Assembly (NCBI GenBank): GCA_036488495.1 | Contig: DASXHM010000350.1 | Span: 1 to 53,368 of the forward strand | Length of the DNA: 53,368 bases | Direction: 5' to 3' | Origin: Myxococcales bacterium | Lineage (GTDB): Bacteria; Myxococcota; Myxococcia; Myxococcales; 40CM-4-68-19 | Shown: piece by piece, positions 17,074 to 26,676 of the stretch | How positions within the stretch are numbered: position 1 is the first letter of the stretch | Layout: each line of letters begins with the position of its first letter | Position numbers and translations under genes: made by a program | The notes under the pieces: generated by a model | Told to the model about the DNA's origin: nothing | The model's input: the letters and a program-made list of their open reading frames with translations, nothing else | Databases searched by the model: none

Positions 17074-19146
17074 TCAGTAGGTCAGCATCGCGGCGAGTCG
17101 GAAGCTGCGACGCGCGGCCGGATGAATGTGGACATCGTCGACCGCGGACGGCTCACCCCGCAGGCGGCTCGCATAGAAATAAGCAATGTCGTCGACGTGG
17201 GCATCGAAGAGGTTGAAGACGTCAGCGGTCAGCCGAGCCCAGCTCGTCAAACGATAACTCGCCTGCGCGTCGAAGCTCGTCGAGGCGCTGGAGCGGACGC
17301 TGTTGTCCTCGACCAGGGGCCGCGGCCCGAAGTAGCGCGCGAAGAGGCTCGCTGAAAACGGGCCGAGTCCGCGAGCGGTTGCTCCGGCCGAAAGCACGGT
17401 CTCGATCGAGCCGGGGATGTGCGTGCCGAGCACCGCTCGGTCTGGATCGGGCGAGGTGAAGCGGGAGCTCGATAACGCCAGATCGAAGTCCAGCATCAAC
17501 CACCGCATCGGCCGGATGAGCGAGCTCACTTCGAGCCCTTGCCGTCGCGAAGCGCGGGACGGCTCGGTGCTGCCGGCGTCGCCGCTGAAGACCAGCTCGG
17601 AGTCGAGATCGAGCCGCCACAGCGACACCGACAGCTCGGTGGCGGGCACGATCTGGGTGCGAACGCCGACTTCCGCGCCGCGGGTCGCGACCAGCGGGGT
17701 GACCGGCTTGACCAGCGCGCCGGTCTTCGGGTCGACGGTGGTGAGCACGCCGCGGGCATCGTTGGAATGGAAGCCGAAACCCGCGTCGACGAAGAGCTCC
17801 GTTCGCTGCCAGGGGCCAAGGATCAAGGAACCTTTTGGCGAGGCACGCCCGGCGGCGGCATTCCCGGTGTTGGCGCTGTTGTCGCTATCGACCGCGAAAA
17901 AGTAATGGTCGTAGCGCACGCCGGCGATCGCTCGAACCCAGCGCAGCGGGCGCGCCTCGGCCTCGGCGAACAAGGCGCCGGAGGTCTCGCGCACGAAATC
18001 TTGGCGCACGGTGGCGAAGCGCGAACGCGCCTGCGTATCGTAGAGGCCGATCGGATCGATGCGATCGTGACGAGCTTCCCAGCCGACCGACGCGCGCAGC
18101 TTGTCGCTGTCCCAGTCGTAGCGCCCGCTGGTTCCGAAGATCCATCGATCATCGGCCTGCTCAAACTGGTCGCCGTGAATCGGGTCGTCCAAAAAGTAAG
18201 TGAAATCGGAAAACAGCGTCAGCTTGTAGCGGATGCCGTACACGCTCGCAGTCAGGACCCCACCGCCGAGCTCGCGCTGGATGTCGCCGGAGAGGCTGTA
18301 GCGCCAGCTCTTTCCACCGTCGGTGGGATCGACGGCGCCGAAGCGACCGATGGCGTCGATCGCGCGCAATGGAATCTGGTCGGTTGAATTCCACTCGCCC
18401 GAATAACCCATGGCCGTCAGCGAGAGGTCGTTCAGGCCGACACGACGCGAATAGCGCAGGACCGCATTGAGCTTGCGGTAGTCGTCGGGGTTCTGCCATG
18501 GGCCATCGTCGTGGAACAACTCGAGTCCGTATAGCAGGTGTCCGTCGCCGATGGACGGCCAGCCGGCCGCGAGCAACCGGCCATAGCCGTCGTTTCCACG
18601 CGAGAGCAATGCCATCGACGAAGGGAGCCGGGTTGCGTAGCTGATGTCGGCGGCGCCCGCCGACGCGAAGTCGCCCTTCGACGCGAAATACGGCCCCTTG
18701 AAATAGTCGATGTGCTGGATGAGCTCCGGAATGACGAAATTGAGATCCGTATATCCCTGGCCGTGTGCGTGGGTCCGCATGTTGACCGGCATCCCGTCGA
18801 CAGTGGTGGCGAAGTCCGTGCCGTGATCGAGGTTGAACCCGCGTAGAAAATACTGGTTCGCCTTGCCGGCACCGCTGTGCTGCGTGACGATCAGGCCGGG
18901 CACGAGCTCGAGAACCGCGCCCGGACGGAGCAGCGGGCGGTCTTCGATCGACTGGCGGGAAGCCTTCCCTTCGCTGGCGGCATCCGAAGTACCCGCGCTG
19001 CCGTCGTAGTCTCCGCTGACGGCAATACTCTCTCCGAAAGGGGTGCCGTCCGCGCTGTTCGCGGCGTGAGCGAGCGGGGCAAAGCCGATCCCGAAGATGA
19101 GCACGCCGAGCCATGCGGCACGGTCATTGCCGCGGTCAGCTCGCAT
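17074..19146 (-). CDS. TonB-dependent outer-membrane receptor
   Basis: Signal peptide 'AAWLGVLIFGIGFAPLAHA'. Plug domain 'VLELVPGLIVTQHSGAGKANQYFLRGF...VDGMPVN'. Long beta-barrel ending in an aromatic residue ('AAMLTY'). ATG 19146 has GAGGA upstream. Confidence 0.88.
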   Translation of the reverse strand: MRADRGNDRAAWLGVLIFGIGFAPLAHAANSADGTPFGESIAVSGDYDGSAGTSDAASEGKASRQSIEDRPLLRPGAVLELVPGLIVTQHSGAGKANQYFLRGFNLDHGTDFATTVDGMPVNMRTHAHGQGYTDLNFVIPELIQHIDYFKGPYFASKGDFASAGAADISYATRLPSSMALLSRGNDGYGRLLAAGWPSIGDGHLLYGLELFHDDGPWQNPDDYRKLNAVLRYSRRVGLNDLSLTAMGYSGEWNSTDQIPLRAIDAIGRFGAVDPTDGGKSWRYSLSGDIQRELGGGVLTASVYGIRYKLTLFSDFTYFLDDPIHGDQFEQADDRWIFGTSGRYDWDSDKLRASVGWEARHDRIDPIGLYDTQARSRFATVRQDFVRETSGALFAEAEARPLRWVRAIAGVRYDHYFFAVDSDNSANTGNAAAGRASPKGSLILGPWQRTELFVDAGFGFHSNDARGVLTTVDPKTGALVKPVTPLVATRGAEVGVRTQIVPATELSVSLWRLDLDSELVFSGDAGSTEPSRASRRQGLEVSSLIRPMRWLMLDFDLALSSSRFTSPDPDRAVLGTHIPGSIETVLSAGATARGLGPFSASLFARYFGPRPLVEDNSVRSSASTSFDAQASYRLTSWARLTADVFNLFDAHVDDIAYFYASRLRGEPSAVDDVHIHPAARRSFRLAAMLTY

Positions 19147-19259
19147 CCTGATCCATCCTCGTTCTACGAACGATATCCTGATCTGGATTCGGCGATTCCC
19201 CCGCAGCATCTCGACCGGTCGGCTTTGCGGTCGGGCCGCACAAGGCTTACATCGGCATC

Positions 19260-20138
19260 ATGCACGTCCGTCTGGCGGCTGCACTGCTGCTCGCCTTCTC
19301 CTGGGGTTGCCACAAGGCGTCGGCTCCTGCGTTTGCGGTCCCCGACGCCGGTGAGGACGACGAGGTACGACCGGTGTACTCGGCGGCCGCCACCGTTCCG
19401 GACGCGCGGCGTCTCTGCGAAGTGCTTTACCAGCTTCCGCTGGACCGGCGCGCGGCCTGTTGCTCGGCGAGGCCTTCCGCAACCTTCGCGCTTTCGCAAT
19501 GCACGCTGACGCTGTCTGCCGCGGTGGACTCGGGCGCCGTCATCCTGGACGCCAAAGCGGTGACGGCATGCGCGGCTGCACAAGCAGATGAATTGACCGG
19601 CTGCGACTGGGTGGGGCCGAACCCTCCGGCTCTCCCTCCGGTCTGCCGCGACCTCTTGCGCGGCACGCGAAAGGCGGGAGACGTATGCCGGTCCTCGCTC
19701 GAATGCGCGGACGGAGCCTACTGCCGGGGTGCCGGCCCGACGCAGACAGGCCGCTGCGGCCCGCCCAAGCAAGACGGCCAGGCTTGCCGGCTGGGAGTAG
19801 ACGCGCTTGCGGGATACGTGCGCGAGGACGAGGGGCTGCATCATCCGGAATGCGCTGGCTTCTGCGGTCACTATCGGTGCGCGCCACGGGCTTCCCCCGG
19901 CGGTGCTTGCCGCATGAGCGGCGAATGCCCGGCAGGCGAGCGCTGCAACGGAACGAAATGCGTTGCAGGCGTGGCTGCGCAAGCCGGCGAGGCTTGCGGC
20001 GGCGGTTGCGCCGAGGGATTGCGTTGCGTGAATGGGCGCTGCCAGGCGCCGTTCGCCGCGGGCGCAGGCTGCGCCTTGGATGCCGAATGCAAGGCCGGCT
20101 GCCTTCCCACGCACGTATGCGGGCTGCGCTGCGATTGA
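19260..20138 (+). CDS. cysteine-rich secreted/lipoprotein
   Basis: 'MHVRLAAALLLAFSWGC' N-terminus. More than 30 Cys in repeated G..C....EC..G..C...C modules. Confidence 0.7.
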   Translation: MHVRLAAALLLAFSWGCHKASAPAFAVPDAGEDDEVRPVYSAAATVPDARRLCEVLYQLPLDRRAACCSARPSATFALSQCTLTLSAAVDSGAVILDAKAVTACAAAQADELTGCDWVGPNPPALPPVCRDLLRGTRKAGDVCRSSLECADGAYCRGAGPTQTGRCGPPKQDGQACRLGVDALAGYVREDEGLHHPECAGFCGHYRCAPRASPGGACRMSGECPAGERCNGTKCVAGVAAQAGEACGGGCAEGLRCVNGRCQAPFAAGAGCALDAECKAGCLPTHVCGLRCD

Positions 20139-20166
20139 GCTCAGCTCGGATTGTCTTGCGAGAAGC

Positions 20167-21447
20167 CTAAAGGCCAGCCCTGCCGATCAGCGTCCGCACC
20201 TCGATGGCGCCGGTGTAATCGAAGTGCGGGTTGAGCGCCAACGCCCGTTCGATCAGCCGCCGGCCCGATCGATCGCCGTTGGCGAGGCGGATGGCCCCGG
20301 CGTGGTACCAAAGCTGCGCGTCGCGCGTTCCGAGCTTCACCGCCCGGTTCGCCGCCGCAAGCGCCTCGGACAGCCGGCCCGCGCGGTAGAGCGCCCAGGC
20401 CGCTGTATCCTCGGTGTATTCATCGTCGCGGGTGCCGCGTTCGGCCAAGGCGAGCTCGAGCGCTCGTCTGGTATTCAAATTCTTGGTAGCGAGGAATAGG
20501 GCGAGCGTGCGCGGATCGGCGCCGCCTTTCTTCTCGATCTCCGCCCGGATTCTGGACGCGCCCTCGAGATCGCCCGCGATCTCGCGCGCATCGCCCAAGA
20601 GCCAGCCCGTTTGAATCAATGGGTTGGCCCGATAGGCGCGTGCGAGCAATGGCTCCGCGGACTTGCCGTCGCCGCGGCCAATCAATACCCGCCCTTTCCC
20701 GACCAGGGCCGGCGGGAAATCCGGCAGTTCGCGTAGCGCCTGCTCGAATCCCGCGAGCGCTCCTTCGGCGTCGCCTTCGTTCCAGAAGATCATCGCCGCC
20801 TGCACGAGCACCCAGGCACGCGGCTCGCGATCGAGCGACCCATTGCCCGCGTCGATGGCGAGCCGCAAGGTGTCTTCGGCGGCCTTCACGTCGCCTTGCA
20901 GCCATTGCAGATGGGCCGCGCGGCTGTACGAAGGAAGGTTAGGCTTCAGATCCATCATGCGCTGCGCGGCTTCGATCGCCTCGCCGGTCCGGCCCAATTC
21001 GAGGAGCGCATCCGAGAGCGTGCCCCACGCGCCGGGCCGCTCGGGGGCTGCGTCGACCACCGCGCGCATCGTTTTCGCTGCGTCTGCGAAGCGATGGTCG
21101 TTCATCAACACCAGGCCCCGCAATTCGAGCGCGCTGCGGTTCGATGGCTCGAGCGCGAGCGCGCGCGACGCACAGGCACCTGCGCTGGCATACAACGTGG
21201 GTTTTGCCACGTCGCGCGACTTGCGGATCCACGCCTCGCCCAACTCGATCCAGGCCTGCACGGCTTCGGGCCGCTGCGCCACCGCGGCCTGCAGCTTGCG
21301 GACGGCCTCGTCGGCCTTGGCGTGTCCACCCGGATCGAGGTTGGCGAGGATCAGGTCGCGCCCTTCCTCCGACAAGATCTCGGGTGCCCGCTTCCTCTCT
21401 TGCGAGCACGCGAGAACAAAGAGCAGGCCGATTGCGATGCGGCGCAT
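20167..21447 (-). CDS. tetratricopeptide-repeat lipoprotein
   Basis: 'MRRIAIGLLFVLAC' signal plus lipobox. Repeated A..W..LG/A..Y..A TPR helices along the whole length. The start abuts the DUF4331 stop with no gap. Confidence 0.8.
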   Translation of the reverse strand: MRRIAIGLLFVLACSQERKRAPEILSEEGRDLILANLDPGGHAKADEAVRKLQAAVAQRPEAVQAWIELGEAWIRKSRDVAKPTLYASAGACASRALALEPSNRSALELRGLVLMNDHRFADAAKTMRAVVDAAPERPGAWGTLSDALLELGRTGEAIEAAQRMMDLKPNLPSYSRAAHLQWLQGDVKAAEDTLRLAIDAGNGSLDREPRAWVLVQAAMIFWNEGDAEGALAGFEQALRELPDFPPALVGKGRVLIGRGDGKSAEPLLARAYRANPLIQTGWLLGDAREIAGDLEGASRIRAEIEKKGGADPRTLALFLATKNLNTRRALELALAERGTRDDEYTEDTAAWALYRAGRLSEALAAANRAVKLGTRDAQLWYHAGAIRLANGDRSGRRLIERALALNPHFDYTGAIEVRTLIGRAGL

Positions 21448-22917
21448 CTACGGGGTCGGCTTGCCGTGACCTTCGGAGAAACCTTCCCAAGGCAGGGCCA
21501 GCCACGGAAACTGGGTGAGGAACGGCTTGTCGTTGTAGTCGACGCCATCCTGGATCAGCGGCGTACCCCCGGGTCCTGCGGTGAGCGCCGCGGGCTTACC
21601 GAGGAGCAGGCTGAGCTCGACGTCGGTCACGTCCACCTGCTCCTTCGCCGCCGCGTTCGTTCCTGTGCCGCCCGGGATCGAGCGGCCATTCGGGAATTGC
21701 GTCGGCAGATTCAGATCGATGCGCAGAACGTCGCCGACGGCGGTGATGTTGTGCCCTGAGGCCTTCAGGTTGATCACGTCGAGGATGTCGGTCCGGTTGT
21801 GCCTGAAGGTGTCGTCGACGGTGATCCCGAGCGCGGAATAGATGCCGACCGCCTCCGCATCCGGGACGATGACCGGGTTCAGGAAATAGGCGCCGAAATT
21901 CGCCACGTCGTCCTTGGGCTGGGTGCGATTGTACTTGTCCTTGTCCTGGTAGCCGATGACGGCTTCGTTGATCAGCGGGAGGCCGAGTCGCGAAACCTGG
22001 ACGAAAGGTCCGTACCCGGAAACCTTTCCATTGCTCCTTTGGATGGTGACCTTCTGCCGGCTCGACGAGGCCCAGATGCCGAGCGTGTTCGCGTCGCTGG
22101 CGGTCGTCCCTGGTGCGGCGCCATCGGCGGTCAACTGCGTGGTGGGGATCTCGAGGGCGATGGAATGCACGTTGTACCCGGCGAGCCCGTCCTGCGCGGT
22201 CCCCTTCGGGCGAAGGTTCGCGAGGTCGAAAACACCGCCCAAGTCGACGTAGAAACCATCGTCGCGAGGACCGGCAAAGACGCGAGTTGCGTTGTCGGTC
22301 GCCGTCTTGATGAAGGTCGCGGCGTACGCGTCGTCGTAGGTGGCGGACGTCACCAGCGCCGGGGCGAGCGCGTGCAGCGTAGCCTGCGTGCGCGGACCGA
22401 TGCGCCACGGCGCCGCAATCGCACCCGAGACGATGACGCTGGCGCTGGTGCTGGTGGTCTTGGTGACGGTATAGGTTTGGATGATCGCCCCACCGCTGGT
22501 CGGGATGTTGCCGGTGAGCTGGGAGAAGAACTCCTTGCCGCCGCCGACGCAGGCGGCAGTTCCGGGCGTGGGGCATACGGCCGCCGGGTCCTTCGTTGGT
22601 GGAACCTGGCTCGTGAAACGGAACGTGTAGGTGACGACGTCGGCCAAGGACGAAGGGCCCCGCGTGACGTGGATCTGGTAGAGCACATCATCGGAGAACT
22701 TGAAGAAGTTGGGGCCCGATGCCGGCTCCTCGAAGGGGATCCAATTCGCGACGATGTTGAGCGTGTCGTTGGCGCCGTTCTTCGACGTCACGAATGCGTA
22801 CACATCCGTGTTGTCCGCGGCGGGATCGTTGGCGATGGCCGGTGCTTCGCGATGTGACGACGCGAGGGCAGGACCGGAGAGGAGCAACGCGACCGCGACG
22901 ACTCGATACGTTTTCAT
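21448..22917 (-). CDS. DUF4331 family secreted protein
   Basis: Signal peptide, then the family hallmark 'SSHREAPAIANDPAADNTDVYAF'. Confidence 0.85.
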   Translation of the reverse strand: MKTYRVVAVALLLSGPALASSHREAPAIANDPAADNTDVYAFVTSKNGANDTLNIVANWIPFEEPASGPNFFKFSDDVLYQIHVTRGPSSLADVVTYTFRFTSQVPPTKDPAAVCPTPGTAACVGGGKEFFSQLTGNIPTSGGAIIQTYTVTKTTSTSASVIVSGAIAAPWRIGPRTQATLHALAPALVTSATYDDAYAATFIKTATDNATRVFAGPRDDGFYVDLGGVFDLANLRPKGTAQDGLAGYNVHSIALEIPTTQLTADGAAPGTTASDANTLGIWASSSRQKVTIQRSNGKVSGYGPFVQVSRLGLPLINEAVIGYQDKDKYNRTQPKDDVANFGAYFLNPVIVPDAEAVGIYSALGITVDDTFRHNRTDILDVINLKASGHNITAVGDVLRIDLNLPTQFPNGRSIPGGTGTNAAAKEQVDVTDVELSLLLGKPAALTAGPGGTPLIQDGVDYNDKPFLTQFPWLALPWEGFSEGHGKPTP

Positions 22918-22933
22918 GGATGGTTCTCCGGCA

Positions 22934-23950
22934 CTACTTGAGTAGGTAGACGGTGCCGCTGTTGCCTGCGCCCGTGTCGACGAAGCCGTAGGTGTCCGCG
23001 TTGGCCGCGCGATGGAGACCGCCCGGCTCGCCGCCAGCTAGCGGCGGCGTGAGGACGAGTTGGGTCACCGCGCCCGTTGCGATGTCCACGCGGGCGATCG
23101 ACTCGTTGCCGGTGGCCGGGTCGAATCCCGAAACGAGCAGGGCCGATTGGTCGTGCGAGAGGTCCATGCCCGAAGGGAACGACACATCGAGGTGCTGCGA
23201 CGCGCCCGCGAGCGCGGTCGCCGAGGTTCCCCCCGGCGCAACCCGCGCGATGGAACCAGCCTGGTCGAGGATGTAGATCGTCCCGTCGTTGGCCACCGCG
23301 ATGGACGACGGGTTGTTGCCTGCGACGACGGAAGTGACCTGGCCGCTCACGTCCTTGAAGACGCCGTCCGCACCGGACGTCTTGTCGGTGCCGATGAAGA
23401 CGATCTCGTCGGAACCGCCGACCTTCGACACCGCCACCGCTCTCGGCGCGAAGTCAACCGTCTCAGGTAGCAAGCTCGGGGCGCCTCCCGCGGCGGACTC
23501 CGCGAAGATGGCGCCTTGATCGGTGGCGGTCTGGGCCGCGGGATCGGCGAGGAAGATCGTGTTGCCGTCGGTAGAAACCGCGAGCGCGAGCGGAGACCCG
23601 AGGCTGCCGCCGGAGGTGATCAGAGTGGGCGTGCTGTTCGCCGCCGCAGCGGTCTTGAAGACGCCCGGGCCATTGGCAGGATCCACGGCGAGGAAATAGA
23701 TGGTGTTGCCATCCGGGCTGGGTGCCGCATCGAGCGCCAGAGAGAAGACCAGCTTGTCGTTGTCGGCGGCGGCGGCCGTCGAGGTGGTCAAGCTGCCATT
23801 GCCCGCGTCCGCGCTACCTCCGTCGGGATTCGAGGCGACCCCACCGCCATCTGGCGTCCCGGCGCCGGGTTGGTTGTTGTTGTTGCTGCAAGCTGCTGCG
23901 AGCCCGAGCAACGCCGCAGCGACGGTCACCGCACCCCTGCTTGTGGTCAT
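22934..23950 (-). CDS. beta-propeller-type lipoprotein
   Basis: ATG 23950 gives 'MTTSRGAVTVAAALLGLAAAC'. About six repeats of the type 'DGNTIYFLA.DP', 'DGTIYILDQAG', 'GTVYLLK'. Confidence 0.7.
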   Translation of the reverse strand: MTTSRGAVTVAAALLGLAAACSNNNNQPGAGTPDGGGVASNPDGGSADAGNGSLTTSTAAAADNDKLVFSLALDAAPSPDGNTIYFLAVDPANGPGVFKTAAAANSTPTLITSGGSLGSPLALAVSTDGNTIFLADPAAQTATDQGAIFAESAAGGAPSLLPETVDFAPRAVAVSKVGGSDEIVFIGTDKTSGADGVFKDVSGQVTSVVAGNNPSSIAVANDGTIYILDQAGSIARVAPGGTSATALAGASQHLDVSFPSGMDLSHDQSALLVSGFDPATGNESIARVDIATGAVTQLVLTPPLAGGEPGGLHRAANADTYGFVDTGAGNSGTVYLLK

Positions 23951-24059
23951 GCGCACTCCAGCCGATCGCGGACCCGACGCGAGCCCCGTCTGGATCAACT
24001 ACGTTTGGGGGCGACTTTTGGATGTTGGTTCGCGCGGCTGGGGCTGGAATACGAGCGAT

Positions 24060-25565
24060 TCAGTCGGGTGGAGACTGCCGCTCCAATGGCAGCGTCACGA
24101 CGAAGGTCGATCCTTTTCCGATCTCGCTGTCGACGCGGATGTCGCCGCCGTGCGCTTGGACGATTCGGAGCGCGATGTACAGCCCGAGTCCAAGGCCTCC
24201 ATAACTCGTCGCCGGCACTGCGCGCTCGAACCGCTCGAAGATCCGCGATCTGTCCTGCGGCAAGATGCCGATCCCATGATCGATGATTGCGAGACGTGCG
24301 AATGCCTGATCGCCTGACAGCGACACGCTCACCGGCTTCCCGGCGCCGTACTTGAACGCGTTCATCAGCAGATTCGTCACGACCTGGTCGACCCGCATGC
24401 GATCCCAACAGCCGATGACGCTCACGGTTTCGATGGACAACTCGCAGTAAGACGTCTCCGCCTCGGCACGGTGACGTTCCGACACGCCTCGGACGATTTC
24501 GGCGAAGTCCACCTCTTCGCGCTCGAGCCTCATCGTTCCGCTCGTGATCCGCGAGACGTCGAGCAACCCGCCAATGAGCCGGCCAAGCCGCTCAGTCTGA
24601 CGAAAAGCTTTTTCGATGCTCTTCGCGACCTGGGCCGGCAAATCCGGGGCGATGCGCAACATTCTTTGGAGCTCAAGCTGCAGCGTCGTAACTGGCGTTC
24701 TCAGCTCATGCGATGCGATGGACAGGAACTCTTCGCGCAGCACTACTGCGGCGTGCTCCTTGTGTCTCGCGCGGACCTGCGTCGTCACTTCGAACCCATG
24801 AATCAAGACGCCCTCGATGGCGCCGGTTGAATCGCGGATCGACTGCAGGGTGACGTTGAAGAACCGCGCTTCATTCGTCCCCTCCGCAGCGGCCGGGTCG
24901 CGGAGCTCGAGCTCGGTGGCGATGAACGGATCGCCAGATCGAAAAACGTCATCGAAAGCGCTGAGCAACCTTCCGCCGGCAAACTCTGAAAGGAGTTCGG
25001 CCGCCCGGCGTCCAAGCGCATCGCGCCCAGCAACGAATTCCCGGAAGCGATCGTTCACGAACTCGAAGATGTGCTGGGGCTCACGAGTGATTGCAATCGC
25101 TGCCGGCGCCTGCATGAGCGCAGCGTACAGGCGGCGCCGCTCCGCTTTGGTGTTGGCGTGAAGCGCGGCCATGGTGCGCGATTCACGACGGCGATGCAGA
25201 TCGAGCTGGGCGGCGACCTTCGCTCGCAGAACATCCGCATCGACCGGCTTGACAAGGAAGTCGACCGCGCCCAGCGAGTACCCTCGGAGAACGGCGGCCA
25301 TGTCGGTGGTCGTCGCGCTCATGAAGATGATCGGAATGTGTTCGCTCCCGGAGCGTTGCCGGGCGAGCTCGGCCGTCTTCATGCCTCCGAGACCAGGCAT
25401 CTGTACGTCGAGCACAATCAGGTCGAAGACTTGCGTGTCCAGGAGGCGGAGCGCCTCCTCGCCGGAACGCGCCCGTACGATCTTGTGACCCAGCGTCTCG
25501 AGCGCCGCCTCGAGCGCAATCAAGTTCGGGGCGTAGTCGTCAACGATCAGAATCCCGGGTGACAC
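24060..25565 (-). CDS. hybrid sensor: N-terminal receiver, PAS, HisKA, HATPase_c
   Basis: Receiver 'ILIVDDYAPN...DLIVLDVQMPGLGG'. H-box 'SIASHELRTPVTTL'. G-boxes 'IDHGIGI' and 'GGLGLGLYI'. Confidence 0.88.
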   Translation of the reverse strand: MSPGILIVDDYAPNLIALEAALETLGHKIVRARSGEEALRLLDTQVFDLIVLDVQMPGLGGMKTAELARQRSGSEHIPIIFMSATTTDMAAVLRGYSLGAVDFLVKPVDADVLRAKVAAQLDLHRRRESRTMAALHANTKAERRRLYAALMQAPAAIAITREPQHIFEFVNDRFREFVAGRDALGRRAAELLSEFAGGRLLSAFDDVFRSGDPFIATELELRDPAAAEGTNEARFFNVTLQSIRDSTGAIEGVLIHGFEVTTQVRARHKEHAAVVLREEFLSIASHELRTPVTTLQLELQRMLRIAPDLPAQVAKSIEKAFRQTERLGRLIGGLLDVSRITSGTMRLEREEVDFAEIVRGVSERHRAEAETSYCELSIETVSVIGCWDRMRVDQVVTNLLMNAFKYGAGKPVSVSLSGDQAFARLAIIDHGIGILPQDRSRIFERFERAVPATSYGGLGLGLYIALRIVQAHGGDIRVDSEIGKGSTFVVTLPLERQSPPD

Positions 25566-25658
25566 GACGCCCTCCGACCGGCTTCATGTCACGGCCGTGC
25601 ATGGGTCCACAAGATCAAGGCGCCGCGGGATCGTCGATGGCGATGCGGCGCGTAGCGC

Positions 25659-25689
25659 GGAAACGAAAGCCGGGCGGGTCCCCGGCCTT
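25659..25689 (-). terminator. candidate intrinsic terminator downstream of the rhodanese gene
   Basis: Minus-strand RNA reads AAGGCCGGG-GACCCG-CCCGGCUUU followed by CGUUUCC. The GC-rich stem starts 27 nt after the TAA at 25716-25718. Confidence 0.45.
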
Positions 25690-25715
25690 CGGCAATTACG
25701 CTGCGTTCGCAGAAC

Positions 25716-26105
25716 TTACGTGCCCTTCTCCATCGGCTTCCCGGCCTTCTCCCACCCGGCGCTGCCCGCGGGCATGACGAAGACCTTGGTGTAGCCGTAC
25801 TTGACCGCCGCACGGGCGGCCTCATGGCAGGCCATTCAATGCTCGTTGTGGCAATAGAAGACGAGCTCGCGGCCTTTGTCCTGGGGAAGGTCAGTGGCCT
25901 TCACGCCGTTGAACTGCACCCATTTGGCGGTAGGGACGTGGCCGTGCTGCCAGTCGTCCTTGCTGTTGTTGTCGAAGATGTCGGCGGCGTGGGTTTTGAC
26001 GAGCTGGTCGACTTGATCGACCGTCAGCTCCCCAAACCCCTCGTTCGCCCGCGCGGTGCCGCCCGCAAAGAGCAGGAGCCCGGCGAGAACCAAGGCTGTT
26101 TTCAT
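25716..26105 (-). CDS. secreted single-domain rhodanese with one in-frame TGA (25836-25838): selenocysteine candidate, or a disrupted gene
   Basis: The track ORF 25836..26105 ends '...ELVFYCHNEH*'. Reading through the TGA continues in frame as 'MACHEAARAAVKYGYTKVFVMPAGSAGWEKAGKPMEKGT*', the missing C-terminal half of a rhodanese fold. Total is 129 codons with the signal peptide 'MKTALVLAGLLLFAGGTARA'. Confidence 0.6.
25803..25821 (-). promoter_or_regulatory. candidate bacterial SECIS hairpin
   Basis: Minus-strand RNA GGCCGCC-CGUGC-GGCGGUC: a 7-bp stem and a 5-nt loop with G at loop position 2. The stem starts 14 nt after the UGA and the loop lies about 21 nt from it. Confidence 0.3.
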
Positions 26106-26120
26106 CCGAGGAAGACCTCC

Positions 26121-26147
26121 GAAAAGCGCCGCCTGAAGGGCGCGGCG
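26121..26147 (-). terminator. candidate intrinsic terminator between the GNAT and rhodanese genes
   Basis: Minus-strand RNA CGCCGC-GCCCUUCAG-GCGGCG followed by CUUUUC. A GGAGG SD for the rhodanese ATG follows. Confidence 0.35.
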
Positions 26148-26169
26148 GGAAGCCCTTCATCTAGTCAGC

Positions 26170-26676
26170 CTACGCCTGCTTGTCCATGCGGATGTGCGGG
26201 ATGCGTGCGTCGTCGAAGACGTCTCCCACCGCGGCGTACCCCGCCTTCTCGTAGAACGGCCGGGCCTGCACCTGCGCGCCGAGAGTAAAGCTGCGGGCGC
26301 CGCGTTTGCGCGCCTCGGCTTCCAAGAAGTGCAAGAGCGCGCGCCCGATGCCCTGGCCGCGCACGTCGTCCACCACCGCCATGCGCTGGATCTTGGCCCG
26401 TCCCGGCTCCTCGAAGATGAAGCGGCCGGTGCCGCAGGGGACTCCGTCCATCAAGGCCAGCGCGTGGACGGCGTCGGTGCGGTCGTGCTCATCCACTTCC
26501 TCGCTGGGACGGACGCCCTGCTCTTCGACGTACACCGTCCAGCGCAGGCGCAGGCAGGTCTCGATGGCCTCTTGCGTGCGCGCTGCCCGGACCTCGATGA
26601 CGGGTCCCTTCGCAGCCTCGGCGGCCCGCGCCGCAGTGCGCACAGGGCCGACGTCGCCAGAGCCGGGCGACGTCAT
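26170..26676 (-). CDS. GNAT family N-acetyltransferase
   Basis: Last 168 codons of track ORF 26170..28242. 'IQRMAVVDDVRGQGIGRALLHFLEAEARKRG' is the acetyl-CoA binding motif. The ATG overlaps the OPT stop (ATGA at 26673-26676). Confidence 0.85.
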   Translation of the reverse strand: MTSPGSGDVGPVRTAARAAEAAKGPVIEVRAARTQEAIETCLRLRWTVYVEEQGVRPSEEVDEHDRTDAVHALALMDGVPCGTGRFIFEEPGRAKIQRMAVVDDVRGQGIGRALLHFLEAEARKRGARSFTLGAQVQARPFYEKAGYAAVGDVFDDARIPHIRMDKQA

